Positions 12,490 to 24,679 of a stretch of DNA of 64,000 nucleotides are shown here, piece by piece (position 1 is the stretch's first letter; the number at the start of each line of letters is the position of its first letter). The stretch covers positions 26,908,001 through 26,972,000 of the forward strand of contig NC_043004.1 in NCBI RefSeq assembly GCF_006345805.1, read 5' to 3'. The notes below the pieces were generated by a model. The model was given only the letters and a program-made list of their open reading frames with translations, did not search any database and was not told where the DNA came from. This stretch comes from Octopus sinensis. Taxonomy: Eukaryota. The translations under genes were made by a program, and so were the position numbers.

Positions 12490-12650
12490 TTATTTTCTAA
12501 GTGATGCTAAAGAAGGGTCAGCCAGATATTAAAACTAATGTATATTGGGAAATATACCATAATCTACCATGTGCACGAGTTTCATTAACATTGAGATAGC
12601 ATTACCACAAAACATTAGGGGGTGGCCTAATACTTTTGGTTAAGGCCGTA
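12490..12650 (+). mobile_element. Tc1-like element 3' end / TIR
   Basis: Ends GGGGTGGCCTAATACTTTTGGTTAAGGCCG|TA, similar to Tc1 right TIRs. Confidence 0.45.
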
Positions 12651-12706
12651 TATACACACATGCATACATACACACATACACACGTATATATATATATATC
12701 TATTTA

Positions 12707-12771
<65 letters not shown>

Positions 12772-12897
12772 GCACGTATGCAATGTGTAAATACATTCAT
12801 GCTGACAGATACACCCACAGACACACACACACACACATACACACACACACACACATACACACATACACACACACATGCACATATGCACACACATATA
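12650..12897. repeat. compound (TA)n/(CA)n microsatellite
   Basis: Direct inspection. Confidence 0.95.
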
Positions 12898-13587
12898 CAT
12901 GGCGAAGTCAAAAATTATCTGCACTTCCACTGTAACATATCTTTATTATTGTCATACTGCCTTCTGTGCACGTGTGCTTATAGTTGGTACTATTCTGGTC
13001 ATGTGATAGAAGTTTGAGACTGATTGCATCATTATTCTTTCTGGCTTTACAGTGTAAACATGGCTGCTCCACTAACAATGTGCACCAAAGAAGAACAAAG
13101 AGCAGTGATCCGATTTCTGTGGTTGGAAGGTGTGTCAGTTGCTGAAATTCACCGGAAGCTTTTAGTACAATTGGTTAATGGTTTCAACAGTCTGGGCTGC
13201 ACATGTGTGGGCTTATATTTTCATCCATCAACAAAAACTTACTTCAACAGTAGACTTTGGTGTTTGATACAAATTGCTGGCTTCAGTTTGTTGGCCAGCA
13301 AAACACTGTATCTTGCACTGTTGATCGTACACTCCTTTTCCAGCACCTGACACACCTTTCGACCAGAGAAATCGGATCACTGCTCTTTGTTCTTCTTTGG
13401 TGCACATTGCCAGTAGAGCGGCCATGCTTACACTATAAAACCAGAAAGGAAAATGGCGTGATCAAGCTCAAACTTCGATCACATGACCACAATAGTGCCA
13501 ACTATAAGCATGCATGTGCAGAAGGCAGTGTGGCAGTAATAAGGATATGTTATGGTGGAAGTGCGGATAATTTTTGACTTCTCCTTG
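12898..13587. mobile_element. 690-bp mariner-derived fold-back element with about 250-bp inverted arms
   Basis: TA|CATGGCGAAGTCAAAAATTATCTGCAC ... GTGCGGATAATTTTTGACTTCTCCTTG|TA. Both arms encode MAAxLxMCTKEEQRAVIRFLW; the centre is a piece of the transposase catalytic region on the - strand. Confidence 0.92.
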
Positions 13588-14284
13588 TAGATTTGTATGT
13601 AAGTGCATATCTCCCTAACATATTTATAGTTCAGAGTTATGATTTCTTCTCAGGATATTCATTTCAATATTTTAGCAAAACATGTTTTTCCCTAGAATAT
13701 AATTTCAGTAAATCCAATGATGCGTACAATTCTTGCCTAAAAAATGTTTTCCTAATATTTTTAGTATTCTTTCAGCATGGTATTTTTTGCAAATTCTTTT
13801 TTCCCATTCTTGTCTTCGTGTTGTTGTTCCCTTTCGTCCCCCACCACCCCTTAAAATTTTATTTGAATAATCCAACAATGTGTAGGATTTTATTTCTGTT
13901 TCTTTTCCCTGAATACAATTTTTTCATATTTATTTACTTGTATGTTTGTACACAAAATACTCCCTGATCACCACGTCAGTCTCCCCTTAATCATATTTAT
14001 CCTTGCAAACTCTAAAACATTGATGCCTGTCCATTCTACCAACCAATCACATCTCAGTTCCCGATTATATGTTTTGGTTTCATTGTTCTGAAATGACAAG
14101 GTTTTAAAGATCAGAAACCGGAAAATCAGAGCAACATTTGTGAAGATTTCAGCTTCTAATAAATATATCTTGGCTTTTTGTATTTTTGGCCTTATTCACA
14201 ATTTTTGCCTGTATGTATAGAGGTGAGTGGGTGCATGTGTGCATATATGTATATATATATATATATGCAATGTGCGTGTAAGAT

Positions 14285-14530
14285 CATTTTTCATAATTTC
14301 TTTATGTTTGCTCTCCATGCTGGTATGGGCTGGATGCTTTGAGAGGATCAGGTGAGTCAGAAGAATATGTGTTTCAACATGGTTTCTATGGCTGGATGCC
14401 CTTCCTAATGCCAACCACTCTGAGGGTGTAATGGGTGTTTTTATGTGCCACTGGCATGGGTATCATTTGTGTGATACCAGTATCTGCCCCAACTGTGATT
14501 TTACTTGGCTTGATGGGTCTTCTTCTCAAG
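14285..14530 (-). mobile_element. RTE 3' UTR fragment
   Basis: GGCTGGATGCCCTTCCTAATGCCAACCACTC block shared with all RTE tails in the window. Confidence 0.75.
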
Positions 14531-14534
14531 AGGT

Positions 14535-14536
<2 letters not shown>

Positions 14537-14595
<59 letters not shown>

Positions 14596-14648
14596 CATAT
14601 ATATATATATTTATATGTATATGTATATGTATATGTATATATATACAT

Positions 14649-14710
<62 letters not shown>

Positions 14711-14748
14711 TTATATGTATATGTATATGTATATGTATATATATACAT

Positions 14749-14806
<58 letters not shown>

Positions 14807-14807
14807 T

Positions 14808-14842
<35 letters not shown>

Positions 14843-14920
14843 ATATACATACACACACACATATATATATATACATATATATATATACACACACATGTAT
14901 GTATATATATGTATATATTT
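14537..14920. repeat. compound (TA)n/(TATATG)n/(CA)n microsatellite with about three higher-order copies
   Basis: The block TATTTATATG(TATATG)n...TACATACACACAC recurs at about 14610, 14710 and 14805. Confidence 0.9.
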
Positions 14921-15199
14921 AAAGTAACAAACTAAGGAAAAAATTCCTTCAAAGGAAAACATCTAATTCACTATTAAGTCAGTTGAATTCCACATAAATA
15001 TGGGTTTAATTCAAATTACAAACAATAAATTAAATAGAGAGTTACAATTGACAATCCAATAATTTATTTATATCATAATATAACATAATATGCCATGAAT
15101 ATAATACAATATAATATAACATATACAATTATTAAAAAACCCAAAAAAGCCAACAATTTGTTTTGACTTATATACATTTTTTGATATATAAACAGTTCA

Positions 15200-16415
15200 A
15201 TTCCTTTATATAAGCCTCATCAGAGCCAATGGTTGAAAGGTAGACTATGTGATGCATGTGTGCAAACTGCCATGCTACATGGCAATGAAACATGGGCCGT
15301 GAATGCTGGATCCACTGGATATGTAATGTCAGTGTGCATACATGACAGAGTGTAAGTTCCCTGAGGGAAAACTTGAGCATAAGAAGCATCAAATGTGATG
15401 TGCAAAAGAGGCGCCTGTGCTGGTATGGTCATTTGTTACATATGAATGAAGACAGATGTGTGAGGAAGTGCTACTCCCTAACTGTGGAAGGAACCTATAG
15501 AAGAAGCAGACCCAGGAAGACATGGAATGAGGTGGTGAAGCATGTCCTTTGAACATTGGGCCTAACAGAAGCAGTGCCAGAAGACTGGGACCTTTGGAAA
15601 TATGCTGTGATTGAGAAGACTCAGCAGCTAAAATGAGATCGCAGTTATGCATGTCTGGCCCTGTTAAGAATACCCCTGATGCACTGGGCGATACGATATG
15701 CTTGAGAAGACCTGTTGAGTTAAGTAAAACCAATATTGTAGCTGTAGCCAGTGCCGTCTGACTAGCTCCTGCATGAGTGGCATGTAAATAGCACCATCCA
15801 AATGTGGTCAATGCCAGGTCCGCCTGACTGGCTCCCATGCCGGTGGCATGTAAAAAGCACCAGCCAATTGTGGCTGATGCCAGTACCCCTTGACTAGCTC
15901 TTGTATCAGTGGCACGTAAAAAGCACTATCCAAACATGATTGATGCCAGGCCCACCTGACTGGCTCCTGTGCCAGTGGCAAGTAAAAAGCTCCCACTACA
16001 CTCTTGGAGTGATTGGCGTTAGGAAGGGCATCCAACTGTAGAAACATTGCCAGATCTCTCTCTCTCTCTCTCTTGTTGGGTAACCTTGTACCTTCTCTAC
16101 AGCAAGATATCTGTTTCTGTCTCTCTGTTACATTCTAATCTTTCATCATCTGACAATAGACCACCTCCCTCAATTCTCCCTCCACTCTCAAAGGATCTTT
16201 GTCTTGCAAGTTACTTGGTGACCCTGCCAGTGCTGGTGCCATGTAAAAAAACATCCAGTTTACTCTGTAAAGTGGCTGGCATTTGGAAGGACATCCAACT
16301 GTAAAAACCATGCCAAAACTGACACGGAAGACCGATGCAGTCTTCTGCCTGGCCAGCTCCTGTCAAACTGTCCAGCTCATGCCAGCATGGAAAGTGGACA
16401 TTAAATGATGATGAT
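15200..16415 (+). mobile_element. RTE LINE 3' end with 66-bp tandem repeats in the 3' UTR, plus an adjacent RTE-tailed element ending (GAT)n
   Basis: LREKLSIRSIKCDVQKRRLCWYGHLLHMNEDRC...KYAVIEKTQQLK*; GACT(A/G)GCTC at 15760, 15826, 15892 and 15958; tail TTAAATGATGATGAT. Confidence 0.88.
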
Positions 16416-16436
16416 ACATATGTATGTATGTATGTA

Positions 16437-16655
16437 TTAGGTAGTACTGAAAAGTTGTTGGTTTTGGGTAAAAGAAAATACAGGAGGACCAGTTAATTAT
16501 GATTTTATTCAGCATATTCCCCGCTCAGATTCACACACTTGTTGCAGTGGTCCTGCGGTTTTTCTAAGCCCTGTAAGAGAACTTAGAAGATTGGGCCTCC
16601 AACCATACCTTTTGCAATACCCTCAAAGTCAGAAACTTTTCAGCACCCACTTGCA
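16437..16655. mobile_element. mariner-type MITE (about 220 bp)
   Basis: Termini GTAGTACTGAAAAGTT ... AACTTTTCAGCACCCAC form imperfect TIRs; TA-rich flanks. Confidence 0.75.
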
Positions 16656-16825
16656 TATATAAATATATTTATATATTATACATATATGCATACACACATA
16701 CATATATTTACATACATACACACACACATATATATATATTGACATACATACATATATGTATATGTATATATAGTCCTCTAAGAATCCATAAATCAGAAAA
16801 ATATGCTCTCATATATTTGCCAATA

Positions 16826-16863
16826 TAATGGATATATAATACTATAGTATTATATATCCATTA
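16826..16863. repeat. perfect 38-bp palindrome
   Basis: TAATGGATATATAATACTATAGTATTATATATCCATTA equals its own reverse complement. Confidence 0.95.
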
Positions 16864-16889
16864 CAGCTGATTTTACCAATAGGTTTTAT

Positions 16890-17733
16890 GCTAGGAGTTC
16901 AATGGAGTGTTAGGTAACAGGCCAATTATGTAATCCTGTACTCTTCAGAGATGGCAGTGATGGAATGAAATATGGTGGCTGCTCTGTTTTGTTTGAGGTG
17001 AACAGACACATCCAGTTTGTGGTTGCTGTGAAAAGGACAATTAAATGGATCAAGCAAAGGTTAATTTAAGAGTTATGTTTCTTTGCAACAAAGCACCATC
17101 TCTGGTGGTGTTGCAAGGTGACAAGAGTTTTCTGGAAAAGTGTGTATGGGAAATATGTGTATGTTTTAAAGCTGGTATTCTTGTGGAATTGGAATATGTG
17201 CAGCAGTATTATATGTGCACCATTTATTTTTTGTGGGGGTGGGGGTGGCACGGTTGCATAAGCATCAGTGGAGTATGTGTAGGAAGCCCAGACACACTTA
17301 TAGTACCCCTACACACTCTATGTAAACATAAATGCCCTAAAATATTTAACCAAAGTTTTAACCAAAACATAAACAAAAACACATAAATGCACATGCAACC
17401 TTGGGGCACCCACCCAATTCTCCTGAAAATGCTGCACATATAGCACCACCACACATTACAATTCTACAAGAACACCAATCCTAAAATATACACACATTTC
17501 CCATACACTCTTTCTGGAAAACTCATGTCACCTTGCAACATCCCCACAGACAGTGCTTTGGTGCCAAGGGACATAACTCTTAAATCAACCCTTGCTTGGT
17601 TCATTTCATTGTCATTTTTTGCAGCAACCAAAACTGGATGTGTCTGTTCACCTCCAATAATAGAGAACTGTTACTCTGAAGAGTGCAGGGTTACATAATT
17701 GGACAGTTACCTAACACTCCAATGAGCTCCTAG
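16890..17733. repeat. long inverted repeat / fold-back element (about 350-bp arms)
   Basis: CTAGGAGTTCAATGGAGTGTTAGGTAAC and GAGGTGAACAGACACATCCAGTTT on the left match the reverse complement at 17700-17733 and 17630-17656; homology continues to about 17265/17385. Confidence 0.9.
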
Positions 17734-18158
17734 TGCGAAACTAGTCAATTAAGATCAGGTATAATGAATATATGATTCTGTGCACTCTGATTAATGTGTG
17801 TGTTTGTGTGTAGTATGTGTGTGTGTGTGTGTGTGCACGCATGTGTGTGTTTGTAATAACTACAAAAGAAAAGGATAGAGAGAGAGGCAGAGAGACAGAG
17901 AGCTACTAATGGAGGAAAACACAGAAACTCAGGTAGGCTTGATATACATATGTTTACATAGAATACATATAAATGGTACATATATACAAGGAGCATATAC
18001 TTACATGGAGCATATAAAAAACAAATTTCTTCATATTTTATTCTGTATTTTCTGTGCCCTATATAAATAAATGTACATTAAGCCTAACTGTGTTTATCTC
18101 CTACCTGCCTATCAGGCTATCAGGTTCATTTGTGTCTCTCTTATAGCTACACTTGATG

Positions 18159-18192
<34 letters not shown>

Positions 18193-19241
18193 TGGACTAG
18201 GTATGTTTCACAAATGAAACTTAACAAAATTGAAACAGTGAAATTTAAAGACACTGTCCACTTCTATCCTTTTTATTTACCAAAGATTTTGATTCACTAA
18301 AGTTGTCTTCTTTACTTTTTGTTTTTAGATTTTAAATGCCCCCTAGAGCATGTTTTTTTTTCTTTTATTACATTAATAATGTTAGTTAATTGACATGTTT
18401 TACCTCCTTGTATGTGAAACCCTATAATATTATTTAGTACACAGAACACAACCTCAACCCTACTGTTGGAATTCTGACTTTGAAACCTCTCATATGAAAT
18501 CTTTATTTTCTAAATTTAGCTTTGTATTTCCCATTTTACTTTGCATTTGTTCTGAGAGCGATTGCTGATATGTCAAACGTATTCCCCCCACCTTTTTTTT
18601 TTTAAAAAAAAAAGGAATTGATATGATAATAAAAAAATTTAAACTGAAAGCTGAAAGATTCCTGTAGCAATAATCCACAAGTTGTTTCTTATACATGCAA
18701 CATTTTATATATAAAAAAAAAAGATTCGATTTCCTAAAGTTTCAAAAATCAATACAACAAACGTTCCAGGGGAACGATGTCATCATAAGCTACAGAATAA
18801 ATACATTGAGAAAATAAGTCAATTTACATTTACTTCAGGTTCTTCAGCTTGTAGAAACATTTCTAAGACCTTGATTACCAAAACAAACATCTAAATTCTG
18901 TAATCTTCACCTACCATTCTAGTTTTGCTGAAATAAAAGGAGTGGCAAAATATGCCTTTAGCATTGGTTCTTGAGTTCTTTAAAACTTAACGCCATTATG
19001 GTTATGAACATGATGGCCTGGCACTTCCTGTATTGGTCTGATTCCATGGACTAGCAAACGAATGGGTTTCTACATAGATTTCTAAACTGCTTGAAATCTT
19101 CCTTAAATCATAACTCACAGTCATAAAGAAAGGAAGCAGACATTGGATTATACTGTTGGGATAAAAGACCAGACGGTCACAGCTTGAATATCTTTGATCA
19201 GAGTTGATGTAAGTTAACAGACAACAGCAACAGCAGCAAGA

Positions 19242-19630
19242 GGAGGCGCAATGGCCCAGTGGTTAGGGCAGCGGACTCACGGTCAGAGGATCACGGTTTT
19301 GATTCCTAGACTGGGCGTTGTGTGTTTATTGAGTGAAAACACCTAAAGCTCCATGAGGCTCTGGCAAGGGGTGGTGGCGACCCCTGTTGTACTCTTTTGC
19401 TCCAACTTTCTCTCACTCTTTCTTCCTGTTTCTTGCCCCTGATTTCCTACACAACCGCTGAGCCTGGATGCACATCCATTCATCCGTCGATGCTCTCGGT
19501 GTCGGGGATTGACCTGCTTCCTCTTCTGTGGGTCTTACGAATAGCAAAAGGACCACGTTTCGGACTTCTCCTACTCAATCTTGCGAGCTCTGGCATGTAG
19601 CCTGCATCGCTCAACAAACACACAAACAAA
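19242..19630 (+). mobile_element. tRNA(Arg)-like SINE family C, tail type 1
   Basis: GGAGGCGCAATGGCCCAGTGGTTAGGGCAGCGGACTC...GTTTTGATTCC (A and B boxes); 5' half shared with the 55909 copy, different 3' tail. Confidence 0.88.
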
Positions 19631-19932
19631 CAGCAGCAACAAGAATAGCAGTGATAACAACAGCATTAGCAACAACAACAGCAATAACAGCAACAACAAC
19701 CACAACCACATGTAATACAACAACAGCACAAACTCTTCAATGGTGTTGATATTATCAGACCTATATGTTTTGATAGTTTTGTTTAGTCTTCTGGATTTGT
19801 GAGTCTGTGAGTCTAAGGTCTCTACCTTAGATGTGACCCTTTACATATGGGTGATGGTGGACAGGTTGTATCCTTAAATATTTTTTCAATTTTCAGAAGA
19901 AATCTTAGTTGAATTTCTGAACTTACAAAATA

Positions 19933-21173
19933 TTGGGTCATCCCATAAATAATACAATTTTTTCAATTGCATAAATTAAGGAGGATGGGATAAACTACCT
20001 GCATCAACTTGCTATGAAGGCAGGTAGTAATTTTACCTTGTACTTATTCTTAAGGCAAGTTTTGAAGAGTGCAGTTCGAACTTAACTGTTATTTTTTCAA
20101 TGCTATAATGGAAGTGACAACGGAGCATATTTTGCTTTATGAGTTCAACAAAGACAACAATGCAACAGAAAGTATGAGGAATATTAATTCAATATATGGG
20201 AGACAATAAGCATTAGCCAGTGTCAACGGTGGTTCCAGAAATTTAGAGACAGAAACTATAGCACAGATGATGAGCCTCGTACTGGAACATCTGTAGAGCT
20301 CAGCAAGGTTGTCCTGCAAACCCTGGTGGAACAAAATCACATCATAACTGTTGAGGAACTAGAAGAGAGGCTTGGATTTGGTCATTCAACCATTCAACGA
20401 CACCTGTGTGCCATAAGAAAAGTCAGTACATTGGGTCAATTGGGTTCCTCACAAACTTTTCGAGTCTAATTGTGTACAGAGAGCAAATTTGTGCTCTTCT
20501 TTGCTGTCATGTCTCACGAATGAACCTTATTTGAACTGAATAGTGACTGGTGACAAGAAATGGGTTCTCTATATAAATGTCAAGTGCCGTAAACAGTGGA
20601 TAGGGAAAGAAAAGACACCAGCACTCCAGGTTAAAGAAGGTCTTCACCCACATAAGGTGTTGTTACCTGTTTGCTGGGATATGAAAGGTTTAATCCACTT
20701 TGAACTTTTAAATCCAAACCAAATGATAACTAAGGAGATCTACAGTAAGAAACTTGAGCAGCTTAAGTCAGTGCTAGAAAAAAAACAACCGTCTTTGGTT
20801 TCAAGACAAAATACTTGGCCAAATACAACAAGGATGACCTTCCAAAGGCTGGAGCAGTTTGAATGGGAAACGATGCCCCACCCACCATATTCACCGGACA
20901 TTGCCCCATCTGATTATCATTTATTCTGAAGTATTCAAAATTATTTGGACAGAAAAAATATGAATTCTGTAGACGAGGTCAGAACAGCACTAGAGGAATA
21001 TTTTTCGTCACACAAAAGTGAATTTTGGAAGAGGGGTCTTGCAAGTCTACAAGATAGAGGGAAGAGCATTGTAGAAAATGAATGAGTATATTTTAGATTA
21101 AAAAAGAACTTTATCTTAATTTTGAAAAATAAAAGAAGTATAAAAAAACCACATTATTTATGGGATGAATCAA
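19933..21173 (+). mobile_element. full-length (1241 bp) decayed mariner transposon
   Basis: TA TSDs; TIR core TCATCCCATAAATAAT exact at both ends; WVPHKL, MTGDKKW and YSPDIAPSDYHLF motifs; frameshifts and stops. Confidence 0.95.
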
Positions 21174-21976
21174 TAGTAGAAATTTACCATAGTTTAAAGT
21201 GGCTGAATACTTTTGCACAGTACTGTACATATAAGTATGAGTGTGTCTATCATGGGTGATAACTAACAACCCAATGTACTATTGATATAGTTCGTACCAA
21301 ACTTTATACAGCACCTGCTTAAACATCACCTTAAAGTAATTGTGATGAAAGAATTTTAATATTACTCAACAGGTCTCATCTATGTATATCGCCCCCTCAG
21401 ATAATGTAAACTTAATGCAATTTTCCTTTACTAGCCGCATACTATCAATATTACTTTTCCTTTATAAAAAATGATTTTCTATTTTCTTCTTTTTCTTCCT
21501 CTCTTGTCTATTGTTTATATATTTTATTTTATTTTATATATAATTTACTTTTTTTATATCTCTTATGGATATTTAACAATAAAGACAATCGTAGCAATAC
21601 CTCCTTCCCTAAATAAAGTGGGTAAATAAGTGACTGCCTAAAATGAAGATCTCTAGTGAGACACCACTTTATGTACGAATGTACCTGATGTGACCCAGGC
21701 TGCAAGACTGATGCAACATAGTATGATGCACAACAGTTGCAGGATGGGTCAAAACAATTGTCAAACAAAATAAAGAGTTATACCAATTCCATCTTCTGTT
21801 TACTAAATCAAATATTATCTCAACTAACACTGTGGTATTCCTAAAGTAGATCCAAAGAAAATATACTCCAACTATGGATGACATCAGATAACCCAAACTG
21901 TGCCAGTGTTTTACTCAACACATCAGCACTAATTAGTCCAAAATATTACATATGTATATATAATATATATATATAA

Positions 21977-22091
21977 CACTGCCAGATCTGACTGGCCTGG
22001 TGCAGCCTTCGGGCTCCCCAGACCCCAGTTGAACCGTCCAACCCATGCTAGCATGGAAAACGGATGCTAAATGATGATGATGATGATGATG

Positions 22092-22092
<1 letters not shown>
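21977..22092 (+). mobile_element. short RTE 3' tail in (TA)n
   Basis: ...CCAACCCATGCTAGCATGGAAAACGGATGCTAAATGATGATGAT; 77 of 81 nt identical to the reverse complement of the 62813 copy. Confidence 0.92.
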
Positions 22093-22129
<37 letters not shown>

Positions 22130-22130
22130 C

Positions 22131-23630
22131 ATTATCATCCAACCCATGCCAGCATGGGTTGGATGGTTTGACTGAGGACTGGTGAGCCAGAGGCTACACC
22201 AGGCTCAGTCTGATCTGGCAAAGTTTCTACAACTGGATGCCCTTCCTAATGTCAACCACACTGAGAGTGTAGTGGGTGCTTTTACATGTCACTAGCAGGA
22301 GGGCCAGTCAGGCAGTTCTGGCAACGAGCATGCTCGAATGTTGTTTTTCATGTGCCTCCAGCACATGTGCCGGTAAGGCGACACTGGCAATGATCAAGCA
22401 CAAATAGTGCTTTTCATGAGTCACTGGCACAGGAGCCAATCTATGGCTCTTGCCACGATCATGCTCGGGTGTGCTTTTAAAGTTCCACTGGCACAAGTGC
22501 CAATCAGGCGGTACTGTCATCGGTCACATCAGTGATTTTGATTTCACTTGCCTCAATAGGTCTTCACAAGCAAGGTTTATTGTCCAATGAATGAAGGGTA
22601 TTCATAAATGGGCTGGTTACACCCACTGGCATAGGCCGTGGGCTATGGTCTCACTTTGCTTGTTGGGTTTTTTCAAGCACAGCATATTTCCAAAGGTCAC
22701 AGTCACTAGTTATTGCCTCGGTAAGGCTCAATGTTTGAAGGTCATGCTTCACCAGCTCATCCCAGGTTTTCCTGAGTCTACCTATTCCACAGCTTCCCTC
22801 AACCGCTATGATGTGACACTTTTTCACACAGCTGTCCTCATTCATTTGCAACACATGACCATATCGGCATAGTCGTCTCTCTTGCACACCACATCTGATG
22901 CTTTTTAAATCCAACTTTTCTCTCAGGGTGCTTACACTCTGTTGGGTATACACACTGATATTACACATCCAGTGGAGCATACTGGCTTCATTTCTTGCAA
23001 GCTTACACATATCCTCAGCAGTCACAGTCCATGTTTCACTGCCATGTAGCATGGCAGTTCACACACATGCATCATACAGTCTACATTTTAGTCTTAGTGA
23101 GAGGCTCTTTGTCACCAGCAGAGGTAAGACCTCTCTGAATTTTGCCCAGGCTATTCTTATTCTAACAGCTATACTTTCAAAGCATCCACCCCCGCTACTG
23201 ACTTGGTCCCCTAAGTAATGGAAGCTATCAACTACTTCTAGTTTTTCTTCCAGGAATGCGACAGAAGCTGTTCTCTGCACATGTTCTGTGTTTATTGCTC
23301 CTGAGCATTTGCCACATACAAAACTATCTTCCCAGTTAGCCTCCCTTTGATATTGCTGCACCTCTTTTGTGTCTATAGCTTACACTGGATACATCTTATA
23401 GAGTTTCTACCAATGCCTTTTCTATAGATCAAGCAGGGCCATCTACCTGAAGGGATTTGTGGTTTGTCTACCTTCCTACTTATTAAGACTTTGGTTTTAG
23501 CTAGGTTGACTCTAAGGCCCTTCGATTCTAATCTTTGTTTCCACACCTGAAACTTTTCCTCTAGTTCTGATAGAGACTCAGCAAGTACGTTGATGTCTAG
23601 TTTAACTGGCCTAACATATTTTAAACTTAA
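22131..23630 (-). mobile_element. RTE LINE 3' part (RT C-terminus, ORF end, 3' UTR)
   Basis: KLEVVDSFHYLGDQVSSGGGC...MLHGSETW...VQERRLCRYGHVLQMNEDSC...AVLEKTQQAK*. Confidence 0.92.
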
Positions 23631-23691
23631 ACTGATCACATTCTATATCATATCTACATATGCACTTGCTTCATCTGAATTAATACACATA

Positions 23692-24239
23692 CAGTAATGC
23701 CTCGATATATGAGTAAATTTGTTCCCAGAGAACAAGGTGGAAACTCATAAAGTAGAGTGATAATTTCCTGTAGTAGCAATGTTATAAATTGCAATTTGTT
23801 CTCATAAAAATATTTACCTATAAAATTTATAATACTCATAAATAAATTGCATTAAAACAACGGTAGAATGTAAAGAATATTTTATGTAAAGTAAAAGGAA
23901 TGTCAAGATCATTTACAATAAAAGATATTATTATCATACTCGTTTTGTGAATCACTTTCACTAGCACTAAACTCGTGCACACCATTATTTGTTGACGTGA
24001 TCACTCGCAGATGAACTCGTAGATGAACTAATGGATTTCTTTTTAAAGAACAAGTCTAGAGCTGTTTGCTTAGAAGCTTTTATTCACTCTCTTAAAATTT
24101 CTTCGTAACTTGCACAAGCATTTGTTATGGAAGTAGCAACTTTTGCACTGCGTTCAAAATTCGGATCTTGTGCTTGAAAAATAAAACTCGTAAACCCAGG
24201 GTCTCGTAAAGCAGGTCCTCATAAAGTGAGATATTACTG
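23692..24239. mobile_element. Tigger/pogo-like non-autonomous element (548 bp)
   Basis: TA|CAGTAATGCCTCGATATATGAG ... CTCATAAAGTGAGATATTACTG|TA; internal - strand QDPNFERSAKVATSI...KQTALDLFFK resembles the Tigger C-terminus. Confidence 0.85.
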
Positions 24240-24429
24240 TACTTATACTTATTACTCATTACTTACTATCTTTATTGCTTTAATCAATAGTCCTTTCATA
24301 GTCTCTATTTAAACTTCTTTTATGAATGTGTTTAATCCCATTGGTTTATACCACTTAACAAACTGCTAATGAATATGCAGTAAATATTCTTGTAAAAAAC
24401 TTATTCTTAATACATTGCAAACCAAATAC

Positions 24430-24676
24430 AAAATTGAAATATATAGTTTTAACATCATATTCTTCTAAATGGTCACCTTGTGCAGCAACACACTGGTCCC
24501 AGAGTCCCTACCACTTTTGGAATCCAGCCTGGAAGTCATTTTCCATACGCAAGTTGAGGACCTTCTGCAATTCGTTCTGGATCTCAACAACAGTGTTAGA
24601 ACGGCGACCTTTGAGGTGCATTTTCATGTTAGGGAAGAAATGGAAGTCCACAGGCGCTAAATCTGGAGACAGTACA
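24430..24676 (-). mobile_element. mariner transposase C-terminal fragment
   Basis: SPDLAPVDFHFFPNMKMHLKGRR...FQKW*GLWDQCVAAQGDHLE. Confidence 0.85.
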
Positions 24677-24679
24677 TGG

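Noticed and set aside
19242-19320. tRNA gene-like sequences (also 55909, 60291, 53210-53282)
   Set aside because: They have A/B boxes but no complete cloverleaf or acceptor stem, and they continue into shared SINE bodies.
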